Notes: generated from the sequence alone by a model not told the origin. A DNA stretch of 63,816 nucleotides, filler included, from Octopus bimaculoides (GCF_001194135.2; 7 parts of 6 records of this genome joined end to end with filler, not necessarily neighbours in it), one strand, 5' to 3'; counted from the first letter of the whole stretch, positions 49,621-62,626 are shown. Numbers and translations are program-made.

Positions 49621-52450
49621 AATATTTCAAGCATTTTTCTATAAAACCACATTTCTGCTTTGATTCTCTTCTCTGTGAGTCTCTTCTCCGTGACTTTGCT
49701 TATCGTCCAAGATTCACATCCATGCGTTAGCACCGACCAGGTCTAGCATTTGAGTAGTCTTTTCTTGACTTCCATTCCAATTCTCTTTGCACAAAAAATG
49801 CTCCTCATATCCATAAAAGTCTTCTTTGCTAATCCAATTCTGCACTTGATGTCCTTATCTGACCTTCCATCTGATGTTATCCAACTTCTCAGATATATGA
49901 AACCGTCTTTCTGCTCTATCCTAGTTCCATTCACTGTCAAGCGACATGCGGGTACCTGTGCTTTCTTGGTACAGACCATTGAGAAGGTTTTCGGGCAGTT
50001 AATCGTCAATCCAAGCTTTCCACTCTCCTCAGTCACGATATTAATCTCTGAAGCTTCTCTTCTGTGTCCGCAAACAAAGCCGTATCGTCTGCGTACCTCA
50101 GATTGTTATAATTCCTTTCCCCCAGTTGTAACCCTGCAACTGTCTTGATCTTGCTTAGTGCTTTCTCACTATATAGGTTGAATAAATCAAGTGACAAAAT
50201 ACAACCTTGCCGGACGCCACTCTGATGGCTGATTTCTGGTCCCAATACAAATTTCGAATCATTCTCAGATCTTTCCCATCAATCTCGAGTTCTTCAAACA
50301 TTCTCACCAATTCTGCATGCTTGACACAGTCAAACGCCTTCATGTAGTCAATAAAACAGATGTACAAGTCTTTTCGTTTCTTGATGTCCTCAAGCAGAGA
50401 ATTGCATTTCTCGTCCTCTTTTATGTTCGATAGCCGAAGTGTTCATCTGATAGGTTTCCCCTAATAGTACCTTTCACTTGATTCAACTCCACTCTCAAAA
50501 TAATCTTTGTCACATGACTCATTAGGCTTATCGTTCTGTGATTTTTGCACTAGATTGTTCCAGACATTTTAGGCAAGGCGATGCAATCATGGTTCGCTAT
50601 CGTAATTTTTCTACTCCCAAACTCCCCAAAGCATTTACTAATTCAAACGTGATATTGTCATTTCCCGTCGCTTTTCCACTTTTCATCTCGTCCATAGCCT
50701 GCTTGATTTCAGCTGCTGTCATCATATGGCCATCCATCGGCTTGCTTATCTCTGGTTTTTCTTTCCTTCCATCATCAGTGTAGAGACCTTTGTTGTTATC
50801 AGTCCACCTTCTTTTGACTGACTCGTCATCCATCAGAATTGTGCCATCTTCGTCTTTAATACAGCCTGTCAGATTTTTCTTGTTCCTAAATGTAACCTGT
50901 CTAACTTTTTCATGCATCATCTGTGCATCTTTCTTCTCTAGCTCTTCAATCTCTTCACAACACCCTCCAGATATGCTTCCTTTACTTTTTTGCACATCTT
51001 TCGAATCTCTTTGTTCAATTGTCTGTACATCTCCGGATCATTCTTTGCCAGTCTTCTCTCATCTATCCTATGAAGTATCTCTAGAGTCATCCACTTATTT
51101 TTCGAAATTCTTTCCGTTTCCGGAAACCATTCCCCCGCTGCTTTTATCAGTGCATTTTGCAGGAATTTCCATTCACCTTTCACCTCCAGCTGTGGTCTTC
51201 CGTCATACTGATCCATGACGTCTTGGTAAAACCCTGTCCTGATATCATTATCTAATTTTAGCAGCTTTAACTGTAGTCGAGGTGCAGTCTTCTTCCAATA
51301 GATTTTCTTTAATTTCAGTCTGATTTTTCCGTTAAAAAATATATGATCAGTGTCACAATCGGCTCCTAGATACGTCCTGACCCTTTGCACTGAATTTCGA
51401 AAGCATTCATTGATCAAGATGAAATCAATTTGATTCCGGCAACCATGTCCAGGACTTTTCCAGGTGTACAGGTTTATCGGATGATGTTTGAAAAACGTGT
51501 TTGTTATGATCAAACCATTTTCCTTGCACCACTCAACTAGCCTCCCACCTCGTTCATTCCTCTGTCCCAGACCAAATGATCCGACAGTTTCACAGTCTTT
51601 ACTCTGCCCAACTTTCGTATTGAAGCCTTCCATGATGATTTTAATGTGATTTGCATTGCTGCACTGCCTCATCCAATTGGTCGTAAAGATCATCTATCAC
51701 TTCGATGTTACTGTCGGATGTGGGAGAATAGCACTGAATCACTACTGTGTCAAGCAGTTTACCTCGAAGCCGTATCAACATCACTCTAGCGGAGATACAC
51801 CAGTAGCCAGCCAGCCTTTTAGCTTTTTCTTGATCTAGAAACATTTCAACTCCATGCTCATGTTTCTTGGCTGTTCCGCCTGAATACAGAAACGTGACCC
51901 TATATGACACAACTTTCCCTGCGCCAGCCCATCCCACTTCAGAAACACCCTTGATGTTAATGCTCAACCGTCTCATCTCCTTCAAAATGTGATCCATTTT
52001 CCCACTGATACATTGTCCTTACATTCTATGTGATGTTGTTGTTGTTGCTGCAGTAGCATGATAACAATCGGATATCTCCCGCAGCGAATGATAGTCCCTA
52101 CTGAACGAGACCTCTTTCCCGGTGTCCTTCACCTTGTAATTCCTTCTTTTGTTAGTAAGCATTCCATGATCCATACAAGGCAGAATACAAGGGGTGGGTT
52201 ACCATTACTTTCCCCTGCGCATTGGCACTTAACCTAGTGAGCACCTACCGTTGTCCAAGTATGGATCATCCGCATAACTGCAGAGGTCTTCAAACCGTTG
52301 GTCTACATGATACTCTTCCGCCTTGTTGGCCATCCAACGTCCTCCTCCTTCCGACGTCTTCGCCATTACCCTGATCGGGGGGGGGGGGATAACAGGTACT
52401 ACACCTTGCCCAAGGGTGACCTGCAGACAATCGGAAGGAAGGAGTGCCTT
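49621..52450 (-). mobile_element. RTE (BovB-like) LINE with 5'UTR, APE and RT, 3'-truncated pseudogene
   Basis: GVSEV.W, YSPT, NQIDFILI, CFIDYMKAFDCV, GVRQGCILS, LRYADDT, YLRSWIT, GCESWT, AEMWFYRKML. Confidence 0.95.
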
Positions 52451-52559
52451 ACACCTTTTGCCAATCATTAATTGACATCGACACCTGATACGCGAAGTTA
52501 TTCGATGGTTTTAAACCTTAGAGAATAACGAAAATATTAAATCCATGCAGCTCGGTACA

Positions 52560-53845
52560 TGTAGTTACTTCTATAAATTCAACACTTTAAATATGGATCT
52601 GAATTTTAACGAAAACCTCTGATTTGTCTAAATCTGATGCTGACGTCATTCTAGCTGCACACGAATCACTAATAGATTATGAAGGTAAACTCAGGACACG
52701 TTCTGACAGAATAGTTAACTTCGATATGACAAAGGACTCAATGACACCGCACTGGTCCTGGACCCTGTTGTGATACATATTCTTTTCCAAATGGAGTTTT
52801 GGTATCCTAAATTAGGGGAAGGTTTATATAGGGATGATGCTCTCTTCACTTTATATAGATATAGCAAAGTGGAACTGGAGAAAAATAGGAAAAAAAAAAA
52901 CAACTGTTTGAATTCTTAAAGTTCTTTAAAAATTTTGAACTTCCTATAATGATGGAAAGTTGCATTTGTGAGAGATGGATATAGGAGAAAACATTAGGTA
53001 TGCTTAGTAATAGTGTAGAAGGAAATTCTAACAATGACAATATGAAACCATATAATAATAGGCGGAATAAGAAAAATCGGGTAACTGGAAAGAGCGTTAC
53101 AAACTCTACAAATAAGGTGTATACTAAATCCTCTTTGAACAACAGTAATGATAGTGCTACTTATAAAATCGAGGATAAAACTAATGTATAGAAGGATCCA
53201 GTACAATTAAATTGTCGGAGAAATTTAAGCAATATGAACGTAAAAGAGAAAATTAAAAGTAAACTGAATGGAAATTCCTCGACAAGTGAATATTTAAATC
53301 GTAATGGCTATAATAGTCTCCCTTATATTAAGCCCGATAAGAGCGGTATATTGTGGTATAATCCTGTATTGTGGACTCCAGATATCATCTAAATTTGAAA
53401 AGGCTTTTTTCAGTGCATTGGACAAGCATTTCTCAAAATCCAATGAATATCACAAAATCTTCAACAAACACACGGTAGAACTATCGTATGCATCCTCATA
53501 CAACTTAGAATACTATACTAAAAAATATTATAACTTGAAACTCAGCCAAGTAAATAATAATACTAACAATAAGTTTGGTAGTAATGAGAATAGAAAAACC
53601 AACCCAAGGAATTTGAAATTTCTAGGCAATAACAAAGACAAATAATAGGAATTCTAATAGATATACGAATGCTAGAAAAGGTGGATATCATAGCAACGTT
53701 ATTAATAGAATTGATTATATCATGAACCATGAAAATATAAATAAATTAAAAAGGAAATGGTGTTATCGAAATTAACAATAACAATAATAGTGTAAGTTAT
53801 ACAGATAATTAGAATAATAATAACCATAATGGTTATAATAGCGAG

Positions 53846-53920
<75 letters not shown>

Positions 53921-54295
53921 TGCAACAACAATAATAATAGTAATAGCAATAATAACGGTAGTAATAACAATGGTAATAATAATAACGGTGGCAATAGCAA
54001 TTATAATGTTGATAATACCAAAAACAATAATGATAACAATAATACCAATAGTAGTAACTTGGATAATGCGAATAATGACCATATTTATAATAATATGAAA
54101 AAAATGTAATTTTAGAAATAGAGCTATGTGTTCTGTAGGAAATGAAATGTCATCGTAAACACATTTTATACAGAATCACTGTTCGGACTAAAGCAAAAAT
54201 ATACTTATATTTAGGTATAACATTTGATATCTTAAAAACTCGATGACGCAACCACGTCATTCAAAAGTATAACCAAAAGACACAACACATCCCTG
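52560..54295 (+). mobile_element. Penelope-like element fossil (RT, Asn-rich linker, Cys motif, GIY-YIG)
   Basis: NFDMTKDS, GLYRDD (52821-52838), ILWYNP, LDKHF...HKIFNKHTVELSY, CNFRNRAMC...C, ILYRITV...YLGIT...KTR*RNH. Confidence 0.8.
53812..54095 (+). repeat. (AAT)n and codon-structured Asn/Ser/Gly-rich repeat
   Basis: Pure AAT core of about 75 bp, flanked by AAT/AAC/AGT/GGT/GAT triplets all in one frame. Confidence 0.95.
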
Positions 54296-55469
54296 NNNNN
54301 NNNNNNNNNNNNNNNNNNNNNNNNNNNNNNNNNNNNNNNNNNNNNNNNNNNNNNNNNNNNNNNNNNNNNNNNNNNNNNNNNNNNNNNNNNNNNNNNNNNN
54401 NNNNNNNNNNNNNNNNNNNNNNNNNNNNNNNNNNNNNNNNNNNNNNNNNNNNNNNNNNNNNNNNNNNNNNNNNNNNNNNNNNNNNNNNNNNNNNNNNNNN
54501 NNNNNNNNNNNNNNNNNNNNNNNNNNNNNNNNNNNNNNNNNNNNNNNNNNNNNNNNNNNNNNNNNNNNNNNNNNNNNNNNNNNNNNNNNNNNNNNNNNNN
54601 NNNNNNNNNNNNNNNNNNNNNNNNNNNNNNNNNNNNNNNNNNNNNNNNNNNNNNNNNNNNNNNNCACACACACAGAATCACGCTCACAGGCATATATATT
54701 GGTATGTTTGTGTACCTGCGTACCTGTATTTCTGTATGGGTCTGCGTATATACATGAATGTATATATATATATATATATATATATATTTGATGGAAGGAT
54801 CAAGGCACAGGAAGAAAGTTAGCTTCAAGCATTCTGTAGTAAATATAAAAATCAACTTTCAGAACAAAAGTGGTTTACTGAGACGGAAATTCGTGGATTG
54901 TTTTGTATGAAAGTACGATAACCTGAAAAAAATTCCTTTCATATTCTACGGTAGTCAACCAGGGTTTTTCGTTGGAGATAAGGAAACTTTCAGATAATTT
55001 CTACAGTACTTATTTAGTGTAAAGCTGTAAAAATGTTTTTTTTTATGTATGTTATGGGAATAATCTATGGTGTAGGTTGAAGGAGAGAACTTGGTGGGAT
55101 ATTTTTATGCTTAACCGTTAGAAAAAAATATGGGTTTGAAGTGATTCTGTGTTTGCGTGAAAATACTAGTTCAGAGTTTCGGTTCAGAATTTGGGTTTCG
55201 AGTGTAAGAATGTGTTAGGATTCGTTAGTATAACGTTGGCAAGATTTGCTGCTGCCATGACATGGCTGTGTCTGTGAGAGTATTTTGCAGTTGTTTTTAA
55301 ACGGAGTATGGTTTAGCTGGCTGAAGCTTCGAAGTCATTGTCAACAATATCCTTGCTTAAGAATAATAAATTTGTACTCCACAGAAGTATAGAGTAACCC
55401 ATCAGATTAATGTAAAAATTGTTTTCATTATAACTGAACATACAAAGATTAACAATATATATACACACC

Positions 55470-55715
55470 GTGGAGGTGCATGTTTTGTTGGTTAGGGTGT
55501 TGGACTCATGATCGTAAGATTGTGGCTTCAGTTCCTGGACCGGGCGACGTGTTGTGTTTTTGAGCAAAACACTTCATTTCACGTTGCTCCAGTCCACTCA
55601 GTTGGCAAAAATGAATAAACCTGTGCCGGACCGGCATCCCGTCCAAATAGGGAGTGTTCACGCCATAGAAACCGGGAAACCAGCCTTATGAGTCTATATG
55701 ACTCGGGAAGGAAAA
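55470..55715 (+). mobile_element. SINE family E, tail type 2
   Basis: GGTTAGGGTGTTGGACTC head, core GCTCCAGTCCACTCAG.TGGCAAAAATG, tail CGCCATAGAAACCGGGAAACC. Confidence 0.8.
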
Positions 55716-56104
55716 TTACTTACTATTATATACACATATACACGCTAATATATGTCTATAGGTATATATATATATATACATACGCATACATACACACATA
55801 TATATTCTCGTGGACGTAAAGTTAGTAATAGATACTCATTTTCAAATTTGAATATAAAGTTCTCCTGCAATAAACCTGTGGCTTCAGCCTATACTTAACT
55901 TTATACAGAACTATAAACATCCGAGCGTGAAGTGAAATGCTGTTTAGAATTAAAATATCCATAATCAGATGATTTCTTAAATGTATCGTCAATTTGTATT
56001 TTATCCAGTGAAAATTTAGATGCCGAATTAGCTAGAATAAATGCAAGTATTGTCAATAACTGCTATCCTAACTTATTGACAAATACATCGATTTCTAACT
56101 CAGA

Positions 56105-56250
56105 TAAAAGGCCAGAAAATTTATGGGAGGGACTGTCGATTGTATCGATCCTAGCATTTGACTGGTACTGTTTTATCGACCCTAGATAGATGAAAGCTAA
56201 AATAAATATCGATGGGAATTGGACTCTGAATGTTAAAAGACATAACGACT
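56105..56250 (-). mobile_element. SINE family B, degenerate
   Basis: Reverse complement shows the AGAGTCCAATTCC, GGGTCGATAAAACAGTACC and GGCCTTTT modules. Confidence 0.55.
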
Positions 56251-56404
56251 GGAAGCCATTTTGTCCGTTGCTATATCCATCCTGCCATCTTATAAACAAA
56301 TATTAGACAGTTCTCATATAAATTGAATAACACACAAGGCACGAAGTGTAATCCGTCCAATGTAAATACAGTAACACACGGAATATCTTTTATCGTTATA
56401 TTTT

Positions 56405-56610
56405 CTTTACTTGTTTTCAGTCATTGCAATGCGGCCATACTTGGGCACCACCTTCAAGGATCTTAGTCGAACGGATGCGCTCCAGTGGTGGATTTTTAAG
56501 CATGGTACATACTCTATCAGTTTTCATTCGTCAAACCTCTAGTTGCAGGGACGTAAAAACCCGAAGACCTATTGTCAAACAATGGTGTGGGACAAACACA
56601 AACACATCCA
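56405..56610 (-). mobile_element. SINE family A, 3' half
   Basis: Reverse-complement tail TTACTTGTTTTCAGTCATTGCAATGCGGCCATACTTGGGCACC plus core. Confidence 0.75.
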
Positions 56611-56632
56611 TACATTATATATGTGTGTGTGT

Positions 56633-56686
<54 letters not shown>

Positions 56687-56786
56687 NNNNNNNNNNNNNN
56701 NNNNNNNNNNNNNNNNNNNNNNNNNNNNNNTTAATTAATTAANNNNNNNNNNNNNNNNNNNNNNNNNNNNNNNNNNNNNNNNNNNN
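56687..56786. other. Artificial contig-join spacer
   Basis: 44 N + TTAATTAATTAA + 44 N. Confidence 0.95.
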
Positions 56787-56808
56787 TAAAGTCTTTATCC
56801 TAATATTG

Positions 56809-56850
<42 letters not shown>

Positions 56851-57696
56851 CATATTTAGTAATTTTCTGTATGACTACCTTAGATGTATCTGGAAGTTCT
56901 GAGTTCAAATACTGCCAAGTTTATAGTTATTGTTATTTTTCACCTACAACTAATAGGTAAAATCATTGCCCTCCCTTCACCTACAAATTTTGGCTTTGCG
57001 CTCAGTCGTAGACTGTTGTAAATAAGATCGCAATCTTTAACCTCTTCACAGGGTCCATTAGAGTGGGGGAGGTCGGCCGGTACATCAGTATGGGGCCTGA
57101 GGGCCTAGGAAAGAAATGTGAATAACTGTGGGTACCTTTCTTAAACAAACAAAACCTCAATTTTGATAGGTTGGACCTGAAAGTAGTCTGTTCCGCCTTG
57201 CCAAATTTCTGTTGGAAGCCTTGACTTTTGCAGCAGAATATGAACAGTGTGATACAGTTAGGAGTCTTAAGCATCACATTATGGTTTCACATGGCCACAA
57301 CCTCCCATAAGAGATTATGAAAGCACAGAGGTACTTGAAAGGAAAATGTTATATCTGTTATGCAGTGACTAGTCTCCCGGCTCACTATTTACTGTAATTT
57401 CATTTCCTTATATAAAGCATTTAAGTGACATCAGAGCTATTAAGAAATCTATATTCAATATCTTCGTTTTCTTTATCTATGAAGAGATAAGATAAAATCA
57501 ATGTATGTTAATGAGGATTTTTTTCCTTCACATAGTTATATAATGGCAAATTAATAGAGCAGAGTTATTTCTGTTTAGTCCATGTCCGTCCTGATAGAAC
57601 AGACAGACCTATGCTCAAAGGACAGTTCAGCTGCAGCCATACACTGTTCTGGAATAGTGTATGCTGCCGGGCGATCTTACGGTATGAGTCCTAAAT

Positions 57697-57958
57697 ATCG
57701 GCCTTTTCCGTAAAAAGTGTCTTCTGCGATCTTTACCAAAGATCGGCCTTTTCCGTAACACCCGCACGATCTTGATTATGGTGTTAGGGTTAGGGTTTTA
57801 CTGTCAGAGTTAGTGTTCAGGGTTAGGGTTACGGTTAGGGACGGAATTCCCTAACCCTAACCCCTTCAAAATAAATCGCGCTCTCTGTATGTCTTTCGCT
57901 TTTATGACGTCGTTTCCCTGTTTCTCTCCAACAATTTTTACGGAAAAGGCCGATCTTT
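57697..57958. repeat. Inverted-repeat element with head-to-head TTAGGG/CCCTAA tracts
   Basis: ATCGGCCTTTTCCGTAA at 57697 and 57742, inverted near 57938-57958. TTAGGG-like units at 57784-57840, GGAATTCC, then CCCTAA x2. Confidence 0.8.
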
Positions 57959-58834
57959 NNNNNNNNNNNNNNNNNNNNNNNNNNNNNNNNNNNNNNNNNN
58001 NNNNNNNNNNNNNNNNNNNNNNNNNNNNNNNNNNNNNNNNNNNNNNNNNCCGTATGCCGAGTAACATTATCCAGTTTGTCGTTTTAAAGATAGTCGGGTG
58101 TGCTTTGAAGGCGATTTCACTGCTCTGTCTGGCAACTTGATGCTGTCCTAATGGGAAAGTAAAATGTATTTTATGTCAACTCGGAAGTGAAACCAATTTC
58201 ACTTCCCCATAGTTTATGAATATGTAATTTAAATGTAAATGGTTGCTTAACAGTTTAGTCTAGAATTTACAATCGTTACAGCGTTGGAATAAAGGATTTC
58301 TTCTGACTCTTTAAAATGTTATGGTTTCAAATCCCACCGAGGTCTATTTTACCAGTCATCTACTGAGGTTATCAGTGTGATCAACTAACACCTGTCCTCA
58401 AAATTGCTGGCCTTGTACCTAAATTAGAAACACTTTTTTCGTGTTTAACTTATTCTAGACATACATCAAATTATGCACAAACGCACATAAATATACAAAC
58501 ATATTTGTACGTGTACAAACATCTATCTATGTGTGTGTTTGTGGATGTTATTGAAATGTTATTTTAAAGGACCTTTAAGAATAACAACTGACCATTTATT
58601 GGTTTGACTATTACTGAGAGTAGAGTTAATTCGTTGTGAAGTTTAAGATTACTGGGACCTCCCCCCCTCTCTCTCTCTCTCACACACACGAACTTGTGTG
58701 TATGTGTTTGTGTGTGTGTATATATATATATATATGTTGTGTATATACATATGTACATGTATGAATAAATATGTATTTTTATATAATAAATATTTATATA
58801 ATGTATATTTATATATACATATATATATATAATG

Positions 58835-58884
<50 letters not shown>

Positions 58885-59040
58885 TATGTATATACATATG
58901 TACATGTATATACATATATACATGTATATATAGTTATATACACACACACGATGAGTCACCTTTACAGCCAAGCATTTTTAGGCATGAAACCAATGTCACT
59001 GTCTGACCGACCATAACAATCAACCTTCTTGAAATATATA

Positions 59041-59899
59041 TGGGGTGACCACAAAGTCACGCACCATGAGAGATATCAAGTATGCTTTATTAGCAATGAA
59101 GTAAGTAATCCATTACAAATGTTCAAAGTGTTCGCCATGTAGCTCTAAACAAATGTCCATATGGACTTTGAATTTGCGATGAACTCTCTCAAATAGCTCT
59201 TCATTGCTGTTGACTTGTTCACACACTTCAACAATTCTTTGAAGATGTCTTGGGTTGCAAATCTTTTCAGAATATACAAGGGATTTATAGTAGCCCCAGA
59301 AGAAAAAGTCTATGGGAGTTAAATCATTTCTCCGAGTCTTGAATGACTCCTAGTCCTGGTTTCTAATGAGAATGAGAGAAGAATTTGTCCTTCAATCATA
59401 GAATGCTGGCCTCCTGTAGCTTATTTGTGTATTCCCCACATAGAAACCCACTTTGAAAACAGATAGAGTTAAATCTGGTGACCTTGGGGCCCATTCAATT
59501 GGCCCGCAAAACCTGAGCCATCTCCCTAGAAAATGTTCATTCAGAAAATCATGAACCAGTAATGCATAATGGGGCAGAGCCCCATCCTGTCGAAACCAGA
59601 CAGGATTTTTTTCCCTTTCCAAGTAAATGAACGTGAGGCATCATCTTGTTGCCGAGCATGTCCAGATACGAATCACCTGTCACAGAACCCTCAAAATAAA
59701 ATGGTCCAATTACTTGATTGTGCCAAATCCCACACCACACACCACATCATTACTTTGCCCCTGCCTTGTTGATGATCTGCCTCCATCCAATGAGGATTGG
59801 TTTGTGAATAATTATCGGCAGCTGTGAAAAGAAATAGAAAAGGAAAATGTTAGCAATTTCACATATTGCAGGATGGTCCGTTGTTTTATGGCCACCCTG
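59041..59899 (-). mobile_element. DD41D (rosa/Visitor-type) Tc1/mariner transposon, internally deleted
   Basis: VIGPFYF, RQDGALPHY...WAPRSPDLT/PIDFFFWG give a D-41-D spacing after removing an insert. Imperfect 27-bp TIRs (19/27) flanked by TA. Confidence 0.85.
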
Positions 59900-59989
59900 T
59901 ATATGTGTGTGCATGTATATATGTGAGTGTTTGTGCATATATGTGTGTGTGCATTTAAATATATATATATATATATATATAAAAATAAA

Positions 59990-60234
59990 TGCGGCCCTTT
60001 AAAGCCTAGCCAGGTTCATGGGCCCGGTTTTCCGGTTTCTATGGCGTATGCGTTCCCCAGCTGGACGGAACGCCAGTCCATCACAGCGTTACTCATTTTT
60101 GCCAGCTGAGTGGACTGGAGCAACGTGAAATGGAGTGTTTTGCTCAAGAACACAACGTGTCGCTTTGTCCAGGAATCGAAACCACAATCTTACAATCAGG
60201 CTGCTGACACCCTAACCACTAAGCCACACGCCTC

Positions 60235-60235
<1 letters not shown>
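59990..60235 (-). mobile_element. SINE family E, tail type 2
   Basis: Reverse complement: GGAGGCGTGTGGCTTAGTGGTTAGGGTG head, same core and tail as 55470. Confidence 0.85.
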
Positions 60236-60267
<32 letters not shown>

Positions 60268-60367
60268 NNNNNNNNNNNNNNNNNNNNNNNNNNNNNNNNN
60301 NNNNNNNNNNNTTAATTAATTAANNNNNNNNNNNNNNNNNNNNNNNNNNNNNNNNNNNNNNNNNNNN
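60268..60367. other. Artificial contig-join spacer
   Basis: 44 N + TTAATTAATTAA + 44 N. Confidence 0.95.
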
Positions 60368-60444
60368 TGTTTTAAGTATTTCCATATTTTTTTTTAATAC
60401 AAGGGACATATTCGTTTTCACTGTCACTCTCTCTCTCTCTCTCC

Positions 60445-60483
<39 letters not shown>

Positions 60484-62626
60484 GAAGAAGAAGAAGAAGA
60501 AGAAGAAGAAGAAGAAAGAGAAGAGGTAGAGTTAGTGTGAAAAGAAGAAAAAGAAGAACTATATCACAGTGGTATGACAGTAATAGAATGTTGGTGGAAT
60601 CCTCTTAATTGTCCATGTGACCGAAAAGTGAGCTGTTGTGATTATGATGTAAGAGTGCAACCACAGACGCGATAAAATCTTCTCAAATACATCTAAGGCC
60701 TTAGAATATCTAAAACTGACCTCCCCGTCAACTGTATCAATTATAGATTGTGTTATGAAGATAGACCAATGCGTTCATGAATTTAAATATATGAGCTTAG
60801 AGGGATATGGATGGCAGGATGCATGGCTTCTCTGGTACTGCCTGTAACATAAATACGGTCTTCTTAACACCGTAATTCCAAATCATCACAAGCAGCTGGA
60901 AAGCAATCCATTAGGAGCCCTATGTCTAAGTTAATGTGGTTTACGAATTCGCAGTGATTAGCATAAACGAGATCATAAAGAGCTAAATTCATTGATGAAT
61001 ATATGTACGTGCATATATATGATAATATAAACTAATAGAACTAATTATGTGATGCTGTCAGGAGGGGGGGTGTTTTCAGGGGCTCCATTAATTGATATAA
61101 GAAAGGAATGGGTTCTTCCTCATATTGAGACCCAGCACAAATTGTAGAACCAGAATGGACTCGGTTAAAGGTAAGGAACACTGATGTGTCATTGATAAAC
61201 CGCATGGGAGTTTATATCTAATACCAAAGAAGAGAAATTGTCATCCACTATGTCTCTATTCACAATCTAATCGTCAAATTTCGATCAAATGTTTTCAATC
61301 ACTCAAGAGTCTACGATATTATATTTAGATCAGAAACGGCGTTGTAAACAAAAGATTCTTTAAATTACCACGCAAACTACAAGAATCGGAAGAATATTAG
61401 AAACATACGCACACACATGCACACAAGGACAAACTCTCTTTTAGATATAGATATAACAGCATCAGTGGAATGAAATGATTAAATAACCAAAAGTTCATTT
61501 ATATTAATTAGTAAAATGCAGGGAACGATTATGCAATGTGTTCGTATAAATTAGATACACTCAACGCTTCTTATGAATATCATAAGGTCGTTTATAAAAA
61601 GTTAATAAATTATATAGTTTCTAAATTACATATATCTCACTAATAATTATGCACCAAGGCAAAGTTGATAATACATAACTTTAGTATTGTGCACCACACG
61701 ACTTCTTTGGTTTATATACCAATTCTTAAATACGTCCTACTGTTTAGTAAACTAATTCTAATAGTTATGAGATCTATTAGGAAATGCCCCCTGAATTTCA
61801 AAATATTTCATAAGCCACGCTATTAAAATAATTTGGCAAAATCACAATGCATCAACTTGCTGGGAAGACATAAGTTGAAATTTCTTGGCAAAGCTATCTT
61901 TTATTCATATGAAATATTTAGACATATATATTCTATACTGAAAACACATTCTTGATTTATTTTCAAATCGCTGTTTTCTTATGTCTCCGCAATGTTACGA
62001 TTTTAATCACTTTTTCAAATATTGTATTGTTATTTATTTATTTATTTCTACGTCTGCTAGTAAAAATATGATGACATGAATCACATAACCTTCATCTGCA
62101 TGCCGTGATGTATATTGTGATCATTTTTTGAATAAATAATGATATTGTCCGCTACGATAGCAATTATAAGCAGCTACTTAAGTATATTATGGCAATTGTT
62201 CTTATTGTGATAGTGAAGTTCAATAACCTCATACTTATGGTATTCAAGGCATTGGTAGTTAAAATAATTTCCAATGTCCACTCTGAAATCAGTCATTAAT
62301 GATGAATAATATAACTTTCCAAATATTCCGTGTATTAATGTAATTGTGTGAAGAATTTTAAATGCTTACTATAGGCAAGCAATCAAACTCAGCGTAAAAT
62401 AATCCCTGATTCTTGGTTTCCTTTTAAAACAGACTAATTTACTTTAAAAATATTAAATTGTATCTTGGGGGCTTACGCATCACATATATCACAATGAAAT
62501 GCCTACAATGAGAGATTTCGACATTAACTCATAGTTGGAGGTTTGCAGTGTTTATAGCTCCAAAGTTTCATTCTTATAAGTATATTCATAATTTTATATA
62601 TATAAATATTTAAAAAAGTGTATATA

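Noticed and set aside
52200-52450. Complete HDV-like ribozyme at the RTE 5' end (GGCACT/AGTGCC pairing)
   Set aside because: I could not assemble P1, P1.1, P2, P3 and the catalytic C consistently. Kept only as a caveated lead.
57784-57864. Ancient telomere-telomere chromosome fusion
   Set aside because: Only about 8 hexamers, embedded in inverted repeats typical of a small transposon. Not claimed without synteny evidence.
60550-61300. Faint LINE-like peptides (FRYSKALDV; RGGV...EPEWTRLK)
   Set aside because: Too degenerate to support boundaries or a family call by eye.
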